A stretch of DNA of 64,000 nucleotides, taken from Myxococcota bacterium (GTDB lineage: Bacteria > Myxococcota_A > Polyangia > Nannocystales > Nannocystaceae). A program made the position numbers and the translations under genes. The notes under the pieces are model-generated. The model was not told the origin of the DNA. It was given only the letters and a program-made list of their open reading frames with translations, and did no database searches. The stretch covers positions 64,001-128,000 of the forward strand of contig JBCCHT010000021.1 of NCBI GenBank assembly GCA_039028615.1, written 5' to 3'. Each line of letters begins with the position of its first letter. Position 1 is the first letter of the stretch. This document shows positions 50,469-57,502 of the stretch, piece by piece.

Positions 50469-52982
50469 TCAGCCGACGAAACCGCCCAAGTTCGACCAAC
50501 GGCCCCAGCGGCTGTCGTAGCGCTTGTGCCAGACGGCACCGTCTCGTCCCCGAGCGACGACGTCGATCTCGTCGTCACCGCGAGACACGGCTCCGGGAGC
50601 CGAGGTGATGGTGCCGCCGAGGTCTTCCCAGCGTCCCCAGGAACCGTCCCACCACGTGTGCCACAGCGCTTGGTTGGTGCCGCGGGCGAAGATGTCGAGG
50701 CGTCCCGCGTCCCATGACGCGACGGCGGGGGCCGAAGTCAGCCTACCTCCGAGGCTGTGCCACGCGTCCCAGCGATTGCCTTCGTGCGCGCGATGCCACA
50801 GTGCTCCGTTGGCACCTCGACCGAACACGTCGATGCGACCGGGCCCCCAGGACACGGCGGCGGGGGCCGAGGTCAACGTGCCGCCGAGGTCGTTCCAGGC
50901 CGACCATCGCCCTTCCCACGACATGTGCTGGAGCGTGCCGTCCTCGCCGCGGGCAAAGATGTCGAGGCGCCCCTCTTCCCAGCTGGCAACGGTGGGGGCC
51001 GAGGTGAGCTTGCCTCCCAGACTGTGCCAGGCATGCCAGCGGCGCCGGTCGTACCAGGTATGCCACAGCGCATCGTCCCGGCCTCGCGCGAACACGTCGA
51101 TGCGATCGCGCCCCCACGAGACGGCCGCGGGCGCCGAGGACAGGACCCCGCCCAGCTCCTCCCAGTTCTCGCTGCGCCCTTCCGACCATCGGTGCCACAG
51201 CGCGTCGTTCTTACCCCGTACGAACACGTCCATGCGCTGCGGCGCCCACGAGGACACCGCGACCCCCCGAGGCTCCTCCCATGGCTCGAGCGCCGAAGCA
51301 CGGGAGAAGTCGCTGCTGAGGCCGTCGTTGGCGCGGATGCCCAGCTCTGCGGCGTCTCGCCGCCATACCGCGAGTTCTCGCTCGGCGCCGACATTGGATG
51401 GCGCGCCCGGGCGCGTCATTCCCCAGTGGTAGCGCACGTCGTACCGCGCCGCGGTCGTGTTCACCTGCTGGATCATCGTGGCGGCATTGGGATCCAAGGC
51501 GTCGAGCAGCAGCACTTCGACCGACACGGTGACCGGCCACCGCTGCATCCCCAGCGGAGCCCGCGTGGGTCCCATGAAGCGAATGGCGACATACCCGGCT
51601 TGGTGACCCGAGCCACGTCCGCGAAACAGGCCCAGGATTTCGTCGATGAAGTTCAGATAGTCGGTACGGGTCGCGTCGAAGAAAATCTCGGTGAACTGGC
51701 CCTTCGGCGACTCCTTCCAGAACCTCTCGTACTTGTCGGGGTAGCCCGCGTACTGCGTCGCCGTCCCGGAGGTGATCTCGTAGTTCGGGCCGATCGATGG
51801 TTGTGCGCCGACCTGGCTCGCGAAGATGAAGTCGCTGAGTACGTTGAATACGTCTTCACTGCTCGCGAGGACGCCATTTTCGAGGGCGATGCGGATCGGG
51901 TCGAGTAGGGTCGGGAACAGGCCGACTCGGAGCAGGCGTAGGATGGTGCCCAATGCTCCGCCGACGTTGATCCCGGCTGTAGGGTCGAGCGCGATGGCCA
52001 AGGCGTCGACCAGGGCCGCTTGCTGCTGGAACGTGAGCCCGCCGCTCGGTGGCGAGGAAGGCAACTGCATCAGCTCCTTTCGCCGGGCCGTCCACCACGC
52101 CTGGCCGTTGGCGCTGTCGGGGTTGAGCGCCACCTCGAGGCCATACACATCCGCCGTGTTGACCGGCGGCGCCGCTGCCCCGGGAGCAACCGGCAGGGGA
52201 TTGGTACGAATGAAGTTCTCCCAGTCACCGGATAGAGCGGCGGTGACCAGATGTTGCCGAACGAGGCCCCAGGTCGACGGGATCCGTTTCGAAGACAGCT
52301 TGAACGCGGGCTCCAGCTCGAGCACGTACGCGTACACGAAGCCGCAGCGGCCCACGGAGACCAGCGCCGCTTCGAAGTCTCCGGCTCGACGACGCGTACG
52401 CATCGAGTCGTGCCAGCCGGCGTAATGCTGGCTCAACGCGTCCCTCGATGCCACGGGGTGGTCCGGGTGCTCGAGCCACAGCTCCTCACCGCCGGGCGTC
52501 ACCAGGTGAATCGCGCGAACCATGCCCGCGAGCGGAGGGCGGGCGATGTCGGAGCCGTGCGTGCCGGTCGAGATGGCGCCAGCGAGGCTCTGGCCCAGGC
52601 TGCCTCCGAGGGTGGGGATGGATTTTCCCCGTTGCCAGGCTTGGGTCGCGAGCTCGTGGAGCTTGATGCCGGCTTCGACCAGCACGAGGTTGCTCGCATC
52701 GGACCCCGCGGGTCGCTCGTCGGCGAGCTGCGCCAGGTCCCAGGAGAGCGCGCGACGGAGCCCGGCGGTGTCGACCCAACGGTCGTCGGCCCGTGCGGCG
52801 CCGGAGGCCGACCATCGGCTCCCCGACGCACGGAGCCGCTTGCGGCGGGATGCGACCTTGGCCACGGCGACGAGGTCGGCGAGCGTATGAGGTCGGTAGC
52901 AAAGCTGGGGACCGTCGGGCTGGGAATCGGGCCAGTTCTGCCATTCTTGGGGGATTTCGGGGGCTGAGGGGGTGGGTCGCAT
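50469..52982 (-). CDS. FAD-linked oxidase (aldonolactone oxidase/VAO-like) fused to six PLL-type lectin repeats
   Basis: VEAGIKL, QSLAGAISTGTHGS, YVAIRF, RYHWG; six SWxxxRxDxFxRG..LWH..W..LGG repeats at 50469-51262. Confidence 0.88.
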   Translation of the reverse strand: MRPTPSAPEIPQEWQNWPDSQPDGPQLCYRPHTLADLVAVAKVASRRKRLRASGSRWSASGAARADDRWVDTAGLRRALSWDLAQLADERPAGSDASNLVLVEAGIKLHELATQAWQRGKSIPTLGGSLGQSLAGAISTGTHGSDIARPPLAGMVRAIHLVTPGGEELWLEHPDHPVASRDALSQHYAGWHDSMRTRRRAGDFEAALVSVGRCGFVYAYVLELEPAFKLSSKRIPSTWGLVRQHLVTAALSGDWENFIRTNPLPVAPGAAAPPVNTADVYGLEVALNPDSANGQAWWTARRKELMQLPSSPPSGGLTFQQQAALVDALAIALDPTAGINVGGALGTILRLLRVGLFPTLLDPIRIALENGVLASSEDVFNVLSDFIFASQVGAQPSIGPNYEITSGTATQYAGYPDKYERFWKESPKGQFTEIFFDATRTDYLNFIDEILGLFRGRGSGHQAGYVAIRFMGPTRAPLGMQRWPVTVSVEVLLLDALDPNAATMIQQVNTTAARYDVRYHWGMTRPGAPSNVGAERELAVWRRDAAELGIRANDGLSSDFSRASALEPWEEPRGVAVSSWAPQRMDVFVRGKNDALWHRWSEGRSENWEELGGVLSSAPAAVSWGRDRIDVFARGRDDALWHTWYDRRRWHAWHSLGGKLTSAPTVASWEEGRLDIFARGEDGTLQHMSWEGRWSAWNDLGGTLTSAPAAVSWGPGRIDVFGRGANGALWHRAHEGNRWDAWHSLGGRLTSAPAVASWDAGRLDIFARGTNQALWHTWWDGSWGRWEDLGGTITSAPGAVSRGDDEIDVVARGRDGAVWHKRYDSRWGRWSNLGGFVG

Positions 52983-53273
52983 GGCTCGTCTCTTTGGGTC
53001 GATGCCCTCCGAGCGGGCCAACAGCGGCATGGCTCGGTGGTGCAGGGAGCACGTTGCCGATGCGCGGAAGACCATTCTCGAGGGCACGATTTTTTTGAGC
53101 CGGCCGTACGTCGTTGGGGCGGCCGTCGAGACCTCGATCGAAAAAACAGTGCGTTGGGCAATCCATCACGGGGGATGGGGGACCCATGGTTACGGGCCGG
53201 GATGGGGCCGGGTCGCTGGGCCTTCCGGCTGACCCGTCGCGCCCATGGCAGGTCCACGAAATGGATGGAACCC

Positions 53274-54890
53274 ATGAATGTGTTCACCATCGCGGTGTCG
53301 CAACCCTCGAAGATCGCCCGTACATGTGCGCTGGGAGCCCTCGTGCTCGGTACGGGCGGTTGGACTGATTGCAGCGTGTCCGTCGTCACCCATGCGCTGA
53401 GCGGTGACCTCGAGGAGGACCAAGTCCAGCTCCAGACCGGCTTTCCCGGGCGCATCGCGGAGGTGAACCCGGACCCGGCCCTCATCTGCCGCGCCGAGCA
53501 ACAGCAGTACCAGATGGGCGACGAGGATCGCGTGACGGTATGGAGGAACGCATCGGCGACCGGGAACGACGACTTCGTGCCCGTGACGGTATGCGCGGCA
53601 GAGCTGAGCGAGGCGAGCTTCGACGACGGCGACGTCACCTCGATCCGGTTTCGGGCCCAGATGGCGTTCGCGAGCATCATGGTCGCTCTGACTCGTCTCG
53701 ATGTGCTGATGGACGACGACAACCTCGTGCCTTCGCCGCAGAGCGTGGAGGGCTGGGAGTACCCCGTCGGCTACGGTGCCGAGGGGATTCCACCGGTGCC
53801 CATCGTGGTGGGTGAAGCCAACGCGCTCTGCGGCGGGAGCCTGGGGCGAGTCAGCTCCGTCGTCTGGACTCGGGACGAGTACGAAGGCTGGGACGGGGCC
53901 TATGCCCACGAATCGGCCTTCGGGTTCGCGTGCATGTCCGACAGTGGCGTGAGCGCGGGGTCTTGCGAATCGGATGCCGACTGTGAGCCCGACGAAACCT
54001 GCGAGGAGGCCCTCCAGGTCGCGCGCATCGACATCTGCAGCTCGCGCGAGCAGGTGGCGTTCCACGAGCTGGGACACTACGTCGACTACTACGCGTCGAG
54101 CGGCATGATGCACCAAGACTACGACGGGGTGGCGCAGTGCTGTCTCGACACCGGGGACGAGGGCAGCCTCGTCAAGGAACTGGTGCCTCAGCTCTTCGCG
54201 ATGTGGGCCCGGGTAGAGGCTCGCCGTGGGTTGTTGGACTACTGCAACGGCGGCGCGGGCCTACTCGACTCCGTCGATGGCGTGGCCGGTGACTTCGACG
54301 GCGTGGGCATTCTCGGCTGCGGTGGGTTCGACGAGTCCGATGCGTTCGCCGTCAACACGGATACCGCGCGCCGCATCGGATCGTTTGACGACGACTGCCA
54401 TGACGTGGAGGCCCCGGCCCTGCGCGATGGCTACCGGTTTCCGGCGTTCTTCCAGGCGTTCTGGGAGCTGCTGCATGCTCGGGAGTGCTCGTGGTCCGGG
54501 ACGGCGTGGAACTGCGAGAGCGTGATCCGAGACGAGATGGACGAGCCCCTCGAGCCCGACGTCGGATGGTTCGACCCGCTGATGCAGGCGATGCTCTACG
54601 CGCTCAAGCAGGGCAACTCGCCGTCGTTCGTCGGGTTCTGGCGAGAGATGCAGAGCTACATGCTCATCCACCACTGCCCGCCGGATGTCGAGGAGTGTGT
54701 GCAGTTCGATCTCATCACGCACGTGATGGAGCTGCATGGGATCACCGAACTGACGCTCGACGCCACGTGCAACGACGACAACGGCTACTGCATCGTCTCC
54801 ATCGATGGCGAGGGCAACGGCGGATGCGAAGCGGATCCCGGCCCCGGGCCTGGCCCAGGTCCCGGTCCTGGCCCGGTGGGCAAGGACTGA
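53274..54890 (+). CDS. secreted gluzincin-like metalloprotease, paralogue of the catalytic domain of 942-4448 (start uncertain)
   Basis: CALGALVLG signal; FHELGHYVD plus EGSLVKE; GY..FQAFWELLH..C; HVMELHGI; PG-repeat tail. Confidence 0.78.
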   Translation: MNVFTIAVSQPSKIARTCALGALVLGTGGWTDCSVSVVTHALSGDLEEDQVQLQTGFPGRIAEVNPDPALICRAEQQQYQMGDEDRVTVWRNASATGNDDFVPVTVCAAELSEASFDDGDVTSIRFRAQMAFASIMVALTRLDVLMDDDNLVPSPQSVEGWEYPVGYGAEGIPPVPIVVGEANALCGGSLGRVSSVVWTRDEYEGWDGAYAHESAFGFACMSDSGVSAGSCESDADCEPDETCEEALQVARIDICSSREQVAFHELGHYVDYYASSGMMHQDYDGVAQCCLDTGDEGSLVKELVPQLFAMWARVEARRGLLDYCNGGAGLLDSVDGVAGDFDGVGILGCGGFDESDAFAVNTDTARRIGSFDDDCHDVEAPALRDGYRFPAFFQAFWELLHARECSWSGTAWNCESVIRDEMDEPLEPDVGWFDPLMQAMLYALKQGNSPSFVGFWREMQSYMLIHHCPPDVEECVQFDLITHVMELHGITELTLDATCNDDNGYCIVSIDGEGNGGCEADPGPGPGPGPGPGPVGKD

Positions 54891-54925
54891 GGTTCAAGGC
54901 TAGAGACGACGGCGAGCGACGGCGT

Positions 54926-54971
54926 AAAAAAGCGCCGCCCGCCGGACTCTGGGGGTGGTCCGGGGGCGGCG
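54926..54971 (-). terminator. Rho-independent terminator of the sdpAB-like operon
   Basis: Minus strand: CGCCGCCCCCGGAC-loop-GTCCGGcGGGCGGCG then C-TTTTTT, 43 nt after stop 55015. Confidence 0.75.
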
Positions 54972-55014
54972 GGGGGCGTACGACGCTCGTTTGGGGGTCT
55001 TGGAGAAGGAGTGG

Positions 55015-55728
55015 CTACTCCTGGATGAACACGTCGACGCCGACGTGGAGATCGCTGTCGACGGCTTCTTGCAGCGTGTTACAGCTGGCGGGGCACAGGT
55101 TCACCTGTGACGGGGCACCGTCCTCCCACGCGCTGAAATAGAAGCCATCGGCCGCGCCACAAGAGCGAGGGCTCCCCATATCTTGGAGCACCAGGGTGGA
55201 GCCGTCGAGGCTGCTGTCGGTGATGCGAAGCGACATCTCATAGTCGGCCAGCGGCACGTGGCCTTCGTCGATGTTGACGACGCAGGGGACGATGCCGCCC
55301 GCCTCGTTGACCCCGAAGACCATCGACAGCTCGGCATTGGTGAGCTGTGACTCGATGGTGTTCTGGTACCAGTAGCCACCATGGATGTGGCCGTCGACCA
55401 TCGCCTCGGCTCGCTCGGCCCAGTTGTCGTCGTCGAAGAGGTGGTCGAGCTCGGTGATCTGGTTCTCGGGCTGGATCTGGCCGAGAGCCTGGTCGATGAG
55501 GTGCTCGTGCAGCTGATGCATATCAACGAACTGGTTCTCCTCCTCGAACGGGTCCCAGCCCTCTTTGAGCTCGAACACGCGGAGGATGGGGGCGTCGCCG
55601 CTGGCCTCTCGGAACTGCGCCGACTGGGGCTCACCGAAGGGGGCGTTGGGGTCGTCGAGCGCACAGCCGGTCGCCGCGACGACCACCGTCGCGAGGGCGG
55701 CGAAGATATGTTGGAAAGAGAGTTTCAT
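55015..55728 (-). CDS. acidic His-containing lipoprotein; candidate client of the SdpA/SdpB-like pair
   Basis: AATGC lipobox; AAGGAAA RBS; 4-bp overlap with the HTTM gene; C-terminal C..SC..DGFYF..P..VNLCPASCNTLQ module like that of myxobacterial vWA proteins. Confidence 0.85.
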   Translation of the reverse strand: MKLSFQHIFAALATVVVAATGCALDDPNAPFGEPQSAQFREASGDAPILRVFELKEGWDPFEEENQFVDMHQLHEHLIDQALGQIQPENQITELDHLFDDDNWAERAEAMVDGHIHGGYWYQNTIESQLTNAELSMVFGVNEAGGIVPCVVNIDEGHVPLADYEMSLRITDSSLDGSTLVLQDMGSPRSCGAADGFYFSAWEDGAPSQVNLCPASCNTLQEAVDSDLHVGVDVFIQE

Positions 55729-56693
55729 ACGATTGTGTTTCCTTTTTCGTTGGGGGTTCGAGCGTCGTAGCGTTTGAACAGGGACAGCAGTCGCCGACGT
55801 GTGGCGTCGAGCAGGCGACGTGACGTCGCGTGGATTCGCGCGGCGTCGTCATCGGAGAGGAAGGTCAGGTCGGCCGCGATCATGAACAAGCCGAAGCTGG
55901 TCAGACCCATCACGGTGGCGATGCCGACGTGGAAGCCGACCGCCAGCAGCAGCACCACGCGACGGGCGTGACGATTGAAGGCGACGGCGAAGGGGAAGGC
56001 GAGCTGAAAGAACACGGTCACGTAGGCGAACACGGTCATCAGCAACGGGCTGTCGAGCACGAGCTGGGCGACCTCGGGAATCGTGAAGCGCTCGGTCGAC
56101 AGCACGTAGTAAAGGGCGGTGCCGTTGCGCCACGCTTCACCTTCGATCTTCGACATGCCCGCGATCAGGTAGACCACGCATATCTGGCCCCAGATGGCGA
56201 CCAGCCCGGTATTGTGCGCGATGGCTCGGAGGTCGCGGAGCCACTGCGGTGCCCGTCGTAGCCACGAGCGCACGCCGGGGCCTCCCAGGTTGCAGAGCAG
56301 CGCGTAGCACAGCAGCAGCTGGGTGAGGTTGTCGCCGCCATCTCCCAGGCCAGGGATGCGATCGATGAGCGAGCGCCAGGCGACGAGCACGAGCAGCGTG
56401 GTCACCGGGAGCAGCACGCCGAGCGTCCACAGCAACGTGACCAGGATTGAACCGTGATAGGCGAGCTCGAACACGACGACCGAATCGATGTTGGTGAACA
56501 GGCCGAAGTTGGCGGTCTGCTGCGCCACCTCTCGCGGGAACACGGCGTCCGGGCCGAACAGGTAGTGGCGCTGGGGATAGGCGGAGAGGAACTGGAAGAG
56601 GATGGTGCAGCCGGCGACGACTCGATAGATCTCGAGCGCGCGCTGGCCGTGCATGGTGGTGGCCAGCTCGGCGAGACGGCGTAGGGCGTTCAT
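55725..56693 (-). CDS. HTTM-domain membrane protein, SdpB-like
   Basis: GDGGDNL; QICVVYLIAGMSKIEGEAWRNGTALYY; FHVGIATVMGLTSFGLFMIA; multiple TMs. Confidence 0.9.
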   Translation of the reverse strand: MNALRRLAELATTMHGQRALEIYRVVAGCTILFQFLSAYPQRHYLFGPDAVFPREVAQQTANFGLFTNIDSVVVFELAYHGSILVTLLWTLGVLLPVTTLLVLVAWRSLIDRIPGLGDGGDNLTQLLLCYALLCNLGGPGVRSWLRRAPQWLRDLRAIAHNTGLVAIWGQICVVYLIAGMSKIEGEAWRNGTALYYVLSTERFTIPEVAQLVLDSPLLMTVFAYVTVFFQLAFPFAVAFNRHARRVVLLLAVGFHVGIATVMGLTSFGLFMIAADLTFLSDDDAARIHATSRRLLDATRRRLLSLFKRYDARTPNEKGNTIV

Positions 56694-57439
56694 AGCGTCA
56701 CCTCCACGTAGGGCATGGGCTTCATCTCGAAGGCGGTGGAGGGCTCGCGGGTACCTGAGTTGCGCTCGGCGTAGGTGGGCACCTTGGAGGTCACGAAGCG
56801 GGCTTCGACCTCGTCGATGACGACGTCACGCCCCCGCAGGCTGCGTTTGCAGGACGCCGATGCGATTCGCTGCATGTGCTGCTTGCCTCGGTCGAGCGTC
56901 TCCTCGCGGCGCGATTCGAGCAGGGCTCGGGCTCGCTCGGCGTCCTCTCCGGAGAGATGCTCGAGCGCCTTCCACTTCGTGGCGTCGTTGTTGAACAAGT
57001 GCGGCTTGTTGGCGCGCTGGACCATCCCTGCGGCGCCGAGTCGGTTGCCGCGGTGGGCCTCGATCATCGGCGTGGTGATGTCGCGCCACTCGGTGGACTG
57101 CGCGAGGCCCCCTTCGGTGTAGTGACACCGCACGTGCATGTTCTCGTCGCGCCCACCCGGCTGAGGCGCGAATAGCCGCCACTGCTGGAGAAAGTAGGGC
57201 GCGATGTAGCTCTGCACCCACGACCGCGACGTGATGTTCACCGGGTTGGCCGGGGTCACGTGCAGGAGTACGGCGACGAAGTGAAACGCCAGCCAGGTCG
57301 TCGTCACGGCCAGCGCCGCGGCCACGTGGATGCTCAGGGGTCGAGGAGTTCGAGCGGCGAGCCGCGCGTCACCTTGTAGATAGGCATCGGTACGCGGCTC
57401 CGTCGTCGACTCCCCCCGCGGGGAAAGGTCGGTGTTCAT
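56690..57439 (-). CDS. DUF5819 / SdpA-like protein
   Basis: One TM (WLAFHFVAVLLHVTPANP), then YIAPYFLQQWRLFAPQP and WRDIT motifs; ATGA overlap with the HTTM gene. Confidence 0.88.
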   Translation of the reverse strand: MNTDLSPRGESTTEPRTDAYLQGDARLAARTPRPLSIHVAAALAVTTTWLAFHFVAVLLHVTPANPVNITSRSWVQSYIAPYFLQQWRLFAPQPGGRDENMHVRCHYTEGGLAQSTEWRDITTPMIEAHRGNRLGAAGMVQRANKPHLFNNDATKWKALEHLSGEDAERARALLESRREETLDRGKQHMQRIASASCKRSLRGRDVVIDEVEARFVTSKVPTYAERNSGTREPSTAFEMKPMPYVEVTL

Positions 57440-57452
57440 GATTCGTCATGAG

Positions 57453-57477
57453 AGACCCCGACCTCGGGGGTTGTGAC
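57453..57477 (-). promoter_or_regulatory. putative ECF promoter GTCACAAC-N12-GGTCT driving the sdpAB-like operon
   Basis: In the 63-bp gap between the kinase stop and the sdpA-like start; boxes identical to 61124-61148. Confidence 0.65.
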
Positions 57478-57502
57478 GACGGATTTTTTCGGATGGGATG
57501 GA

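Noticed and set aside
55015..55728. Calling the third operon gene sdpC (toxin)
   Set aside because: It has a lipobox and is acidic, with no hydrophobic C-terminal toxin peptide; no SdpI/SdpR-like immunity genes are nearby.
57369..57449. Out-of-frame ATG just downstream of the sdpA-like promoter (26-codon ORF)
   Set aside because: Overlaps the DUF5819 gene and is too close to the -10 box to be transcribed reliably; no supporting features.
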